Source: Candidatus Poribacteria bacterium (lineage in GTDB: Bacteria; Poribacteria; WGA-4E; WGA-3G). From it: 64,000 nucleotides of DNA. The notes below the pieces were generated by a model. That model was not told where the DNA came from and did no database searches. It worked only from the letters and a program-made list of their open reading frames with translations. Made by a program: the position numbers and the translations under genes. Shown piece by piece: positions 42,595-53,097 of the stretch (within the stretch, counting starts at the first letter, position 1; every line of letters begins with the position of its first letter). Where the stretch lies: positions 1-64,000 of the forward strand of contig CBDBFU010000002.1 in assembly GCA_965205025.1 (NCBI GenBank), written 5' to 3'.

Positions 42595-43767
42595 TAAACT
42601 ATGGTATAGTGCAGCTGCTGCACTCACAGCAGTTCCTGCCTTCACACTATACCCAAACTCAATCAAAAGTTTTTCAATAGCATTCAATACCAGAAGCACG
42701 TTTTGTTCGTTTGCAGCATCCCCCATAAGACCTATACGCCATGCTTTTCCAGCAAATATACCTAATCCACCCCCTATTTCAATGCTATAGTCTTGTAATA
42801 ATCTCTTACGCAAGGTAACATCGTCAATTCCGTCCGGAATTCGGAGTGTAGTTAGCATTGGTAGGCGATAGTCTTCCGCCGCTGCAGGATCAAGACCTAT
42901 GGCTTCTGCTCCTGCAATTAAAGCTGCTGCATTCTGTTCGTGACGTTTATAACGTTCTGATTGTCCTTCCTCCTGTATAATACGGAGTGCTTCTCTTAAG
43001 GCATATATCAGTGACATTGATACAGTATGGTGATATTTACGCGTATCACCTGTCCAGTATTCTTCAAGCAGTGTTACATCAAGATAAAAACTTTGGATTC
43101 TTGTCTTACGTTTCCGAATTACATCCACAGCCCTATCACTAAAACTCACTGGAGAGAGTCCTGGGGGACCGGCAAGACATTTCTGTGTACAACTGTAGGC
43201 AATGTCAATGCCACGCACATCCAAATCAACAGGTTGTCCACCAAGTGATGTCACACAATCAGCCAAGAACAATGCATCATTTTTATGTGTAATGTCAATA
43301 ATATCTTCTAACGGTTGTAGAATACCTGTTGATGTTTCACCATGGACGATGGCAATCAACTTAGGTCTGACTTTTTCACAGGCTTCATCAATCTGTTCAG
43401 GTTGAATTATTTCTCCCCATTCTGCCTCAATAGGTGTGACGACTGCACCACATCGTTCTGCTATATCTGCTATCCTACCGCCAAAATAACCATTAATTCC
43501 TACTATGACAGCATCACCAGGTTCTATAATATTTGCGAGTGATGCTTCCATTCCTGATGTACCGGTACCTGAGACTGGAAAAGTAAGTTTATTCTTTGTC
43601 CCATAAACTTCGCGTAACAATTCTACTGTATCATTCATTATCTGTACAAAGTCAACGTCTAAATATCCCAGCATAGGGGTTGTCATTGCTTTAAGTACAC
43701 GAGGATTGGCTATGGTCGGTCCGGGTCCAAGTAGTATCCGTGGGGGTACTTTTAATTCATCATACAT
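42589..43767 (-). CDS. alanine-glyoxylate / serine-pyruvate aminotransferase, class V
   Basis: LLGPGP, VHGETSTG, DCVTSLGG, SCTQKCL..PPG, WRIGLMG. Confidence 0.92.
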   Translation of the reverse strand: MYDELKVPPRILLGPGPTIANPRVLKAMTTPMLGYLDVDFVQIMNDTVELLREVYGTKNKLTFPVSGTGTSGMEASLANIIEPGDAVIVGINGYFGGRIADIAERCGAVVTPIEAEWGEIIQPEQIDEACEKVRPKLIAIVHGETSTGILQPLEDIIDITHKNDALFLADCVTSLGGQPVDLDVRGIDIAYSCTQKCLAGPPGLSPVSFSDRAVDVIRKRKTRIQSFYLDVTLLEEYWTGDTRKYHHTVSMSLIYALREALRIIQEEGQSERYKRHEQNAAALIAGAEAIGLDPAAAEDYRLPMLTTLRIPDGIDDVTLRKRLLQDYSIEIGGGLGIFAGKAWRIGLMGDAANEQNVLLVLNAIEKLLIEFGYSVKAGTAVSAAAALYHSLS

Positions 43768-43827
43768 ACCAAAATTTCCTTTGATTATTCTATTCCATTC
43801 CTGATAACGTTGTCTATGATGCAATGG

Positions 43828-43858
43828 TATAGGGACAGATATAATATCTGTCCCTATA
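43828..43858 (-). terminator. perfect hairpin downstream of the TPR gene
   Basis: TATAGGGACAGATAT-A-ATATCTGTCCCTATA. Confidence 0.75.
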
Positions 43859-43883
43859 AATTAAATCATCCTTATGTCTAAGA

Positions 43884-46800
43884 CTATTCGTTACCGCCCT
43901 CTTGAGTTTGGCGTAGTGGAATATTCTTAGATTTCATGTAATCTTGGATTACCTGAATTTGACGGAGACAATAGTTAATAGCTCCTTCCACTTGGTTGTC
44001 AGATGGAACTAAAGTAGCATACTTCTTAGGTAAGTAGTTGAAATATTCCAATGCGTCGTAGTAATAGTCTACTTCCTTATCAGCGAGCATCGTATAAGCA
44101 TCCCCTATCTTACCATGAGATAGATCACCATACTTCGTAGTTGGATATTCGTTGATAATAGCCTTGAATTGTTCAACAGAAGCTAAAATAGCATCTTTGT
44201 CACCAGACTTTTGAGCCTTGCCGTAGGAATCCATTGCTTGCTTATACTCATTAAGTGCAAGTACACCAGAAGTTTCATTGAGGAATCCTTCGGCAGTACT
44301 CTTTGACTCTGCGTCGAGTCCAGGAACACTTAATGCACGTTTATAACTTGCAATTGCCTCACGGAAAAGACGTATTTGTTCCTCAGCTGGCAATCCCTGC
44401 TCTAAAGCAGCATTATAATGTTTATTGCCTATGTTAATAAAGGCTTCACCAGCAAACGTGCTATTAGGATATTCAGCTACAAGTGTCTCATTTACTTCAA
44501 ACAACTTGTCAAGATATGCTGCCTCTGCTTCCGCATCACCTGCATCCCTTGCTGTTTCAGAAAGAGATTGGTAACAGGTTGCAATTGCGTATAAGGATTC
44601 AGGTGCTTTTTCATGTGATTTGTTCACTTTCCTGACCTTATCATATTCTTCAATAGCTTTAGTAAACTGCTCAGTAATGTAATATGACTCTCCTGCCTGG
44701 TATTGCCATAGTGCAGCGTCTTTCGCACTTGGATAACGTTTAACAAGGTCCTTAAATGCCTTAGCAGAAGCATCAAAATAAGCCACAGCCTGAGTGGACA
44801 TTTCTTCATCAATTCCTACCTGCATCCGACCAAGGTCAAAATTAGCCGATGCCAAATAGGTTAGTGCCGTTTCCACATTCGCTGTCAGGTCGTCTGAGGC
44901 AGGAAATACACCTGCATCTGCATATTTAACATATTCCTTCAATGGATCAATAGCATATATCAATTCTTCTCTGCGTTTGAGACCTATGCCAACAGAGTAG
45001 TAAATTTGTCCAGATTGGAATAGTGAATTTTGCACATACGGGATGACAGTCTGTTTATCCGCTTTCTCTATTGGCATAGCAAGTTTACTAACTAAAAAGA
45101 AAGCACGGGCAGCCATTCCACTGGTATCAATATAAGGTTTGAGATCAGACCCAGCCTCATTAGAGAATACTGAGCGTGCTTTATCAGAATAGAGAAATCC
45201 TAAGTTATATTGTGCTGCAACTTTCTGTGAAACAGTTGCATTTTGATTTGCCTTAAGACTCTCAACTGAACTTTCCGCTTCAGCTATAGCTTCGTCCAAC
45301 CGTCCTAATTTGACGTATAAATCAGAACGACGGATACTGGCATCTGCCACCATTGAAGCAACACCTGCGTTCTTTTCTGAACCATGGTTCGCTATCAAGT
45401 TCTGGAACACTTCTAACGCTTTATCAAGTTCATTAAGTTTGTCTTGATAGATTAGACCTGACCGATAGTAGGATTGTGCTTTTACAACATTATCTGCCAA
45501 CTGAATGGCATTTTGATAACTTACCAAAGCATCATCATATAACTTAAGGTGTTCATCTTGGGCAAATCCCATTGCAAAATAGGAACGTCCCCGAAGATCA
45601 TCATCATCAGTATTTGCGATGATATATTGATACTCCTTGACAGCCGACGCATAATCGCCTACACCGCTATGTAATTCAGCAAGGCGAGAGTGTGCTTGAG
45701 AAATTAGATTCTTTCGATTCTCATCTTCAGTTTGTCCTTCAAGAGCAGTGACTTTCATGAATGCACTAATGGCTGCTTTTGTATCTTTCAATCCCAATTT
45801 TGCCAAACCAAGTGTATAATAAGAACTGATAAGGTTGTCAACATTATCAGTCATCTCAGCGACTTTTTCAGCTGCCGTTGCTGCATTGGTATACCCGAGT
45901 TTTGCGGCTTCAGCATCTTCCGCGTTCTGTGCTATTTGGTAATAACACACAGCAGCTTGATATTGAGCACTTGGAGCAATTTCACTGTCTGGGAAAGTTT
46001 CAACAAACTGTTGATAGGCTGCAAGAGCTTCTTGATAGCGTTCTTTACTATAATACGTATGTCCGATTTTTAGTTGTGAACGGACACGAGCATTTTCTGG
46101 AGCCCCTGGATTATCAATAATTCTTTGCAATCCAGCAATCAACCCCTCGACATTATCTGGGTCAGTGTTCTCAAGAGCAGAAGCTTTAATCAAATCAATC
46201 TGTCCGAGTGTCCGAAGGACTAAGTCGTCGTCACTGTCTGCAAATTCTTCACTGGCTGCGTCTGCAGTCTGCTGAACCAGAGACCATTTAGATGTATCGC
46301 CATGTTTTTGTGCTGCATCTTGATAGACCAATGCTAAACCGTAATAAGCTTCAATAGCATTTGGACTGTCCCCGTATTCTGAAATCACAGAATTAAAAGC
46401 AGTAATTGCCTTGTCTGCAAGTTCAACCTTTTCAGAAGAAGCATGGTAGTAACAGAGACCAACAAGGTAAAGTGCATCATCCGCATATTCCCCTGTTGGA
46501 TTACCATCCACAACAGTTTGATATTGTGTAGCGGCCTCTTCAAAACGTTTCTCTGCGCGTAGTAAGTCAGCGAGTTTAATTTCCGCTAATGAGAGATTGT
46601 CCCTATCGGTAAGTTTCGGCAATATAGAATCGTAGTATGATATAGCTTGCGCTTTATCTCCCTGCCGCACATAACTATTAGCAGTTAGAAGAAGCGCCCG
46701 TTCATGATAATCACTGGATTCAGGAATCATAGCGTACCGTTGTCGTGCCATATCCCAATCACCCAACATTTCGTGTGAAAGTGCTTCATTCATTAGACAT

Positions 46801-48578
46801 GCTTCAACTTGAGGAACACGTTCTGGAAAATCTTGGTATCGTCCTTCATTAATTCCGGGAAGGAATGCGTCATCAGAGAACATATTGAATGCATCTTGGT
46901 ATGCAGCAATAGAGTTGCCAAGGTATTCTGTATTAAAGTTCTCTGTGGAATCGTCGTCTTGATATCCTTCAGGTTTCGCAGCTTCAAAATAGGAACGTCC
47001 TTCAAAGAATTTACCCATCAGCTTCACGAGATGGAACTTAGGTAGTGGACGATAATCCCACAACTTGGCGTATTCTTCGGCAGCTTCCAAATACTGTTTA
47101 AAGTCATCGCGTTTCATATCAGCAAATCGAAGTTGTACTTCTGCTGCAAGAATATCAAATTCGTTATCATTCTTGTTTTTCTCAATAAATTCGTGTGCGA
47201 CTTTCTCCATGTCATCTTTACGACCTAAGTCGTTTAGGGTCCAAATTGCACCATATAAAGCATGCGGTGCTACAGGATTTTCTGGAAAGTCATCAACTGT
47301 TTGCTGATACCATGTCAAAGCAAGTTCAAGAGTAGCATTCGACTCATCCATCATACCTGAATCACGCTGGTTAGTTCCGAGTCTATAATAGGCTTCAGCA
47401 ATTTGGTAAGATGCATACGGTGTGAATTCGAGTGCCCCACCATCACTTTCACTTTTCTCATGTTCAATGACAGATTCATAGGCAGGAATAGCGTCATTCC
47501 AATTCTCCAATTTGAATTGACTATCGGCTATACCAAGCTTTGCATCACCGATGAATGAACTATCAGGATATTCTTCCAATAGTTTCGTGTATTCAACGAT
47601 AGCGTTTTCATAGTCTGTTTGATCATAGTAAGTTTGTCCTATTGCAGACTGAATTTCAGATTGCAGATCTCTATCTGCGGTATTCTGAAGAGCCAATTCG
47701 TAGTTAACACGAGCGTTGTCATAGTCTTTCTGTTTTGCATAAATTGCCCCTTGGTCAAAATAGGCAGCAGTTACAAAATGGTGTTCAGGGAATTGTGTGA
47801 TAAAATTGGTATAACGACTTATAGCTTCATCGTGTCTATCCAATTGATTCAAACAGTATGCAGCTTTATACATTGCTTCTGCTTGCAATTCTGTGAAGTT
47901 CTTGAATTCTTCGGTAGCGAATTTATCAAATTCTGGGTATGCCCCTTCATAGTTATTTTCATCAAGGAAAGATTGAGCTATGAGCAGCTGCGCATCGTCT
48001 TTGAATTCAGAGTTTGGAAACCCTACAAGAATACTATTGAAGGCAGTTCGAGAACTTTCGTAGTTGCCCAACTTATAATTCAATTGTCCTATTGCATACC
48101 AAGCATTCTCTACTCGAAGACTATTCGGGAAATTAGCAATCAATTGTTCGAATTTCGCCTCTGCGAGTTCATACTGTTCTGTCCGATAAAGAATATGTCC
48201 CCAGAGATAGGTTAGACCTTCCTGATGTTTAGCAACGGTAGCAGTTGGTGCGACATCTTCGATATATTGAAGGGCAGTCTCAAAGTGGTTGACGTCCCCT
48301 GATTGTTCAGCAAGCCGTGAATAACAGACTGCAATTTGGAAATTCGCGAGTGTTGTGAAATCCTTATCAATTACTTCCGTCTTAACACCCCGTTTTTTCG
48401 ATTCTTCAAGTGCCTCAGTATACTTTTCAATGGACCCCTCATAATCCCCTTGATCATATAACTCTTTAGCAGTTACATAGAGTTGTTCCACTTTCTTGGA
48501 ACTCCCCATCATGAAGGGAGAGAGGAGTGCGACGACCAAGGCAATACCACCGATAATGCCCAAAATTCTTGGATTCAT
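43884..48578 (-). CDS. 1564-aa membrane-anchored TPR protein (BamD/CpoB-like repeats)
   Basis: N-terminal TM helix; recurring 'F..LI..FP.S....A.Y..G..YY' TPR units along the whole length. Confidence 0.9.
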   Translation of the reverse strand: MNPRILGIIGGIALVVALLSPFMMGSSKKVEQLYVTAKELYDQGDYEGSIEKYTEALEESKKRGVKTEVIDKDFTTLANFQIAVCYSRLAEQSGDVNHFETALQYIEDVAPTATVAKHQEGLTYLWGHILYRTEQYELAEAKFEQLIANFPNSLRVENAWYAIGQLNYKLGNYESSRTAFNSILVGFPNSEFKDDAQLLIAQSFLDENNYEGAYPEFDKFATEEFKNFTELQAEAMYKAAYCLNQLDRHDEAISRYTNFITQFPEHHFVTAAYFDQGAIYAKQKDYDNARVNYELALQNTADRDLQSEIQSAIGQTYYDQTDYENAIVEYTKLLEEYPDSSFIGDAKLGIADSQFKLENWNDAIPAYESVIEHEKSESDGGALEFTPYASYQIAEAYYRLGTNQRDSGMMDESNATLELALTWYQQTVDDFPENPVAPHALYGAIWTLNDLGRKDDMEKVAHEFIEKNKNDNEFDILAAEVQLRFADMKRDDFKQYLEAAEEYAKLWDYRPLPKFHLVKLMGKFFEGRSYFEAAKPEGYQDDDSTENFNTEYLGNSIAAYQDAFNMFSDDAFLPGINEGRYQDFPERVPQVEACLMNEALSHEMLGDWDMARQRYAMIPESSDYHERALLLTANSYVRQGDKAQAISYYDSILPKLTDRDNLSLAEIKLADLLRAEKRFEEAATQYQTVVDGNPTGEYADDALYLVGLCYYHASSEKVELADKAITAFNSVISEYGDSPNAIEAYYGLALVYQDAAQKHGDTSKWSLVQQTADAASEEFADSDDDLVLRTLGQIDLIKASALENTDPDNVEGLIAGLQRIIDNPGAPENARVRSQLKIGHTYYSKERYQEALAAYQQFVETFPDSEIAPSAQYQAAVCYYQIAQNAEDAEAAKLGYTNAATAAEKVAEMTDNVDNLISSYYTLGLAKLGLKDTKAAISAFMKVTALEGQTEDENRKNLISQAHSRLAELHSGVGDYASAVKEYQYIIANTDDDDLRGRSYFAMGFAQDEHLKLYDDALVSYQNAIQLADNVVKAQSYYRSGLIYQDKLNELDKALEVFQNLIANHGSEKNAGVASMVADASIRRSDLYVKLGRLDEAIAEAESSVESLKANQNATVSQKVAAQYNLGFLYSDKARSVFSNEAGSDLKPYIDTSGMAARAFFLVSKLAMPIEKADKQTVIPYVQNSLFQSGQIYYSVGIGLKRREELIYAIDPLKEYVKYADAGVFPASDDLTANVETALTYLASANFDLGRMQVGIDEEMSTQAVAYFDASAKAFKDLVKRYPSAKDAALWQYQAGESYYITEQFTKAIEEYDKVRKVNKSHEKAPESLYAIATCYQSLSETARDAGDAEAEAAYLDKLFEVNETLVAEYPNSTFAGEAFINIGNKHYNAALEQGLPAEEQIRLFREAIASYKRALSVPGLDAESKSTAEGFLNETSGVLALNEYKQAMDSYGKAQKSGDKDAILASVEQFKAIINEYPTTKYGDLSHGKIGDAYTMLADKEVDYYYDALEYFNYLPKKYATLVPSDNQVEGAINYCLRQIQVIQDYMKSKNIPLRQTQEGGNE

Positions 48579-48753
48579 TACATTCTCCTTTAGATAATAT
48601 TGTAAAACTTCGCGGGTGTAATTGAGACTTGTGTTAACCCGCCGATTCGTCTTGCTGTGACGGAATAACTATTCCTCACATCAGTTTTCAAACTACTCTG
48701 AAGCACGACAAAGCAGTTGAATAGATATATAAATGTCTGGGTAATAGATTCTA

Positions 48754-49674
48754 TTACAAATTACTTAAGACATGAAGTCCTGGAATTGTGAGTATTTCAG
48801 AAGGCACGTGCATTACCTTCGCAACAAACCCGGACAACTTACGATTCTTTGGCTGGATATTTTCAGTAAAAGCAACGACCTGGCTTTCTAATGGACGTGC
48901 TGTATAACTATCATCTTGTATAGGTGATTTTCTACTCAAGATATCTGGTTCTGTATAAACAGTGAGTTCTGATTCGGATGCGTCACTCGGAACAGAACGA
49001 TCATTACTGATATGCATTACTATTATATGTCCACCCGTATCGGTTGTTACCGGATCAGAAAGTGTCCAATAACCATCTTTCTGCATATTTTCAGTAAGTA
49101 TGGGTGAACTAACTTCACCACGGGCATTTCGTTTGGTTCTACGTTGGTTTTGAATATCCTGTAGAAATTCAGTCTGATCTTCAATAGGTGTTGGATTTGC
49201 AGTAACTGTTTGATTATTAACTTCCTGCTGATAGTTTGTAAACGGTAGCATGTTGTGATTTGCCAAATGAATAGTCACAAAACCTACTATCATTATAGAC
49301 AGAAATACACCCATTGGAAGAACATTCCTTCTTATAAAACTATATCTATCAAAATATTGACGGAGTTGCGTCAATATATACCACACATGTTGTGTCGCAG
49401 ATGCTATGACACGTTGGTTCAGTCTTGTCGGTCCTCTTCTATCTATCCGTTGTTGTAATTCTACTTCAAACTGTTGAAAATAGGTGTCTGACACCTCTGG
49501 TTCAACATAGAAACCAACAACGAGATCACGGGTCTTTTTGAGTGCAGTTACTTCATGTTGACACATTGTGCATAATTTTAGATGTGTTTCAACATCCTGT
49601 TTATCCTCTGTTGATAACGTAGCATCTATGTAGTCTGATAGCAATTTTTGTATGGTGTTACATTTCAGTTTCAT
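48754..49674 (-). CDS. zf-HC2 anti-sigma factor
   Basis: C......LSDYID......VETHL..C..C, one TM helix; follows the ECF sigma gene. Confidence 0.82.
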   Translation of the reverse strand: MKLKCNTIQKLLSDYIDATLSTEDKQDVETHLKLCTMCQHEVTALKKTRDLVVGFYVEPEVSDTYFQQFEVELQQRIDRRGPTRLNQRVIASATQHVWYILTQLRQYFDRYSFIRRNVLPMGVFLSIMIVGFVTIHLANHNMLPFTNYQQEVNNQTVTANPTPIEDQTEFLQDIQNQRRTKRNARGEVSSPILTENMQKDGYWTLSDPVTTDTGGHIIVMHISNDRSVPSDASESELTVYTEPDILSRKSPIQDDSYTARPLESQVVAFTENIQPKNRKLSGFVAKVMHVPSEILTIPGLHVLSNL

Positions 49675-49757
49675 TGTTTGTGTTGGTTCTAAACTATTAC
49701 TAATATTAGAACCACTCCTCAAATTAAGTAACACTTAATTAATGAATTTCCGCTATA

Positions 49758-50330
49758 TCAGAATGTATCGGAGTTGGCATCAACGTACGGTTTTAATAAA
49801 ACTCGAAGTTGTTTACGGGCGTAGTGCAGCCGTGATCTGACTGTGCCTTCTGAACAATTTAGAATAGATGCTATTTCTGGGTGTGTTAACCCTTCTAATT
49901 CATGAAGAATAACTACCATACGGTGTTTTAGTGATAGGCTATTAACCGCCTTGGTTACCCAGTGCCGCAATTCAGCTTTTTCAGCCAGAATTTGCGGGTC
50001 ATTACGAACGTCTGTCAGTAATTCGGATTCGTCACCTGTATCAAGAGAAGATTCCCGACGGCGTTTCCGCATCTTTACATAATTGAGTGCTTGATTGACG
50101 GCTATCTTATAAACCCATGTTTCAAATGCTGCCTCCTGCCGAAAGGTGTGAATTGACTGATATACCTTAATAAAGGTTTCTTGCATGACATCATTAGCAT
50201 CTTCATGGTTATTAGTAATCTGCAATGCTAAGCGATGTACCATCCGTTGGTATTTCTTCACCAACGGAGCTAATGCTGTTTCATCACCTTCTCGGAGATG
50301 ATCAATAAGCAAGGCTTCAGTTCTTTCCAC
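49758..50330 (-). CDS. ECF sigma-70 factor
   Basis: DANDVMQETFIK, FETWVYKIAVN, EIASIL.CSEGTVRSRL; GTG start after AGGAG. Confidence 0.93.
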   Translation of the reverse strand: MERTEALLIDHLREGDETALAPLVKKYQRMVHRLALQITNNHEDANDVMQETFIKVYQSIHTFRQEAAFETWVYKIAVNQALNYVKMRKRRRESSLDTGDESELLTDVRNDPQILAEKAELRHWVTKAVNSLSLKHRMVVILHELEGLTHPEIASILNCSEGTVRSRLHYARKQLRVLLKPYVDANSDTF

Positions 50331-50515
50331 GAAACTACTCCTTCGGCATTTGATATGTATAGACAACACAATCTCAAAAACCGTTCAATCTAATTGAATT
50401 ATTATAGCATATATTGATAAATTGTCTATTAAAAAATAGTTTTCACCCTACGAAAAGATACTATATCGGTACGAACAATTCATAGATAAGATAGACTGTT
50501 TATAAATGTAGAAAT

Positions 50516-50554
50516 AAAAAAGGACAATGTGTCTTAGACACATTGTCCTTTTTT
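50516..50554. terminator. bidirectional intrinsic terminator
   Basis: AAAAAAGGACAATGTGTC-TTA-GACACATTGTCCTTTTTT. Confidence 0.9.
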
Positions 50555-50572
50555 ATCGAAATAGTCAGAAAT

Positions 50573-51217
50573 TTACTCTTTAGCTTTTGTGACAAAGGTA
50601 ATACTGACTTCGGCTTCGTTCCCAGCACCGTCTTTCACTGTACCTGCAATTTCATATTCGGTTTCGTTGCTGAGTTCTTGTCCGGCGTTCCCTGTAAGGG
50701 TAATCTTGTTATCTGAGGCTTCGGATCCCCAACCGACATCATCATCGCCATCCATGAGCATTAGATCTCCAGTGACGTTTTCATTGAAGGTGACCTCAAT
50801 ACCATCTTCAAACACTTTTGCGGGGTCAACGCCTTCAGCACCGTCTTTAGGACTGCTGGCTGTAACTTCTGGAGCGGTTTCATCTGCGGCAACAACTGTA
50901 TAGTTGAGTGTGTGGCTACCGTCACCGTTTGTCCAAGTGAGGTTGAGTGCAAGGGCACCAGGTGTAAAGGGACCAGAGATGGTACGAGATTTACCTGATC
51001 CAGCTACTGTACCGGCACTGGCTGTTACATCACCAGGATTGTTGTCAAATGTAACGGAAATGCTACCATTAGCTGCGAGATCACCACTTGCGGGTGAAGC
51101 ACTTACAAACGCAGCGGCTGCGGGTTCAGGATCATCACCATTTCCACCACAACCAACAATGTAAACGGCAAGCAATGCAGACAGGACTATTGCCAAGGTT
51201 CTAAAATAAAGTTTCAT
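50573..51217 (-). CDS. lipoprotein with Ig-like (Big_5) domains
   Basis: Lipobox IVGC; DETAPEVTASSPKDGA..V, VTFNE.V, VKDGAGN. Confidence 0.85.
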   Translation of the reverse strand: MKLYFRTLAIVLSALLAVYIVGCGGNGDDPEPAAAAFVSASPASGDLAANGSISVTFDNNPGDVTASAGTVAGSGKSRTISGPFTPGALALNLTWTNGDGSHTLNYTVVAADETAPEVTASSPKDGAEGVDPAKVFEDGIEVTFNENVTGDLMLMDGDDDVGWGSEASDNKITLTGNAGQELSNETEYEIAGTVKDGAGNEAEVSITFVTKAKE

Positions 51218-51532
51218 GAGTAGTTAACTCCTTAATTAAGGTTTTTCAGAATGTTATATACTTGTATATCAAGTAAAATATTAATTAAAGTGTAATTATA
51301 GATGGAATTTCCGTGTCGTTAGTTATTATTTTCGACAGAAGTACAGGAAATATACCATCAAATCCATGTTTGGTCAAGTAATCTTCAGACTATTTCGTGT
51401 GCCTTCCTCCAATATCTTCAGAGGATAGACGTTGCTTTGAGAATAAAACTTCAACGGAACACTTGTCTTGAATGTCATAATTGGACAAGCAATTTCGGTT
51501 CCGAAAGTCAACACCCAAACTCTATACCTTTA

Positions 51533-51561
51533 AGTTTAGCAAAAAGTGCAAAAACTGTAAA
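51533..51561 (-). promoter_or_regulatory. sigma70 promoter implying a ~310-nt leader for the Big_5 gene
   Basis: Minus strand TTTACA-17 nt-TAAACT. Confidence 0.45.
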
Positions 51562-51682
51562 GGTAAAAAAAATACGTATTTCTCACCCTTAATACTACAA
51601 TACCTAAATGATATTGTAAAGTGAAAAATTAAATTTATTTTGACTTGCTACAAAATAACATAAACGAAAAATATAGTCAAGT

Positions 51683-52696
51683 CTAAATTGAAGCGTCAAT
51701 ATCACCATTTTGCATATCTGAAGGTTTTTGGTTTTCCTGATTGTCAAAAAGCGTAATCTGTTCCGCTCCAGAACCTATATTTTCCTTTTTTAGACTTTCT
51801 GGATCCTTTAACATTTCAACCACAGTGTCAAGTTGATCAGGTAAAAATGATATAGCACCTGTCTTTATAAGTTCATGTGTTCCATCACTTTGCTTATTAT
51901 CTGAACCCCATTGGCATGCGAAGACAGTTCTGTCTTGTAATTCAGCATATCGTGCGGTATGCATTGATCCTCCATCTATTGATGTTTCAATAACTACAGT
52001 TGCCATTGAAAATCCACTAATGATACGATTTCGCCTCACCAAATTGGCTGGTGTGGGTGGGGTTGGAAATGGATGTTCCGAAAAAAGACATCCTTTTTCG
52101 TATATATTCATCGCAAGTTCGTGGTTCTCAGGTGGAAAGATAGATGAAAAATCTGCTGCTACAATACCAACGGTCTTACCGTTTACGCCTAATGCACCAT
52201 AATGTGCATTTGTATCTATACCATTGGCAAGTCCACTTACGATCGTAAAACCTGACTGTACCAAACGGATAGCAAGGTCAAGTGTAACATTAATTGCTTC
52301 AGGTGTAGGCTGTCTACATCCTACAATTGCCACAGTATTTTCGTTTACCTCTGATAATTCTCCGACTCGACAGAGAACAATTGGAGCATCCGGTACAGAT
52401 TTAAGGAGTGCGGGGTATTCACTATCATCACGAAAAAGTACTGTAATACCGTTTTTGGTTAATTCTTCTAATTTTTGCTGTAACTCAGGTAAATTCTTTC
52501 TAACCGTAAGTATTCGTGATGCTAAGATGGGATTAAAGTATGGGAGTTGTGCTATTTCATGTAACTCTGCTTCGAAAACTTGCTCAACACTATCAAAACG
52601 TGCCAACAAACGGTTAATGCGAACTGGTCCTATTCCTTTAACCGAAGCCAGAGCAAACAAGTATTCGCGTTCTCTTTTTTTATCCGTATGTGTCAT
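51683..52696 (-). CDS. dprA: DNA-processing protein DprA
   Basis: GIGPVR SAM domain, AIVG.R, VSGLA.GID..AH, RNRIISG, GGSMHTA. Confidence 0.93.
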   Translation of the reverse strand: MTHTDKKREREYLFALASVKGIGPVRINRLLARFDSVEQVFEAELHEIAQLPYFNPILASRILTVRKNLPELQQKLEELTKNGITVLFRDDSEYPALLKSVPDAPIVLCRVGELSEVNENTVAIVGCRQPTPEAINVTLDLAIRLVQSGFTIVSGLANGIDTNAHYGALGVNGKTVGIVAADFSSIFPPENHELAMNIYEKGCLFSEHPFPTPPTPANLVRRNRIISGFSMATVVIETSIDGGSMHTARYAELQDRTVFACQWGSDNKQSDGTHELIKTGAISFLPDQLDTVVEMLKDPESLKKENIGSGAEQITLFDNQENQKPSDMQNGDIDASI

Positions 52697-52725
52697 ATCT
52701 ATTGTAGACGTTGCATCCCTATTAA

Positions 52726-52869
52726 TAGCGTGAGTTTGATAAGACACATTGTACCCGAACTATTAGATAACACAAGAGTGTACAAACTGGAAAGTTTGTG
52801 CTACAAAGACTATCTTCAGAACAAAATTCTGTTTATCGAACTGACATTTTTATTATCAAACTGACGTTA
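52726..52869. mobile_element. 144-bp MITE (TIR type TAACGTGAGTTTGATAA) enclosing a REP
   Basis: TAGCGTGAGTTTGATAA ... TTATCAAACTGACGTTA; same TIR as 57100-57700. Confidence 0.75.
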
Positions 52870-53038
52870 TTAATATATTAGTATGGTTTCATAAGGAAAC
52901 CATAACCATGATGTATACAATTCAAGGATTCTGTGATTGAGTATAACACATTTATATTTTATATACAACAATTAGTGATATGGCATCAGAAGTATTCAAT
53001 TGTCCAGTTTCTCCGAAGTATTAACAGATTTTATTCAA

Positions 53039-53068
53039 TTGACACTTACACCTATTTTAAGGTATCCT
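53039..53068 (+). promoter_or_regulatory. sigma70 promoter
   Basis: TTGACA-18 nt-TATCCT. Confidence 0.5.
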
Positions 53069-53097
53069 ATAAGTTATGATTACAGTAGGAGAGAAGT

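Noticed and set aside
47619-48215. Long antisense ORFs (also 5940-6413, 34213-34698, 52224-52733)
   Set aside because: They are shadow frames of well-supported genes on the opposite strand.
52697-52747. Longer dprA start from the ORF track
   Set aside because: The extension begins inside a MITE terminal repeat.
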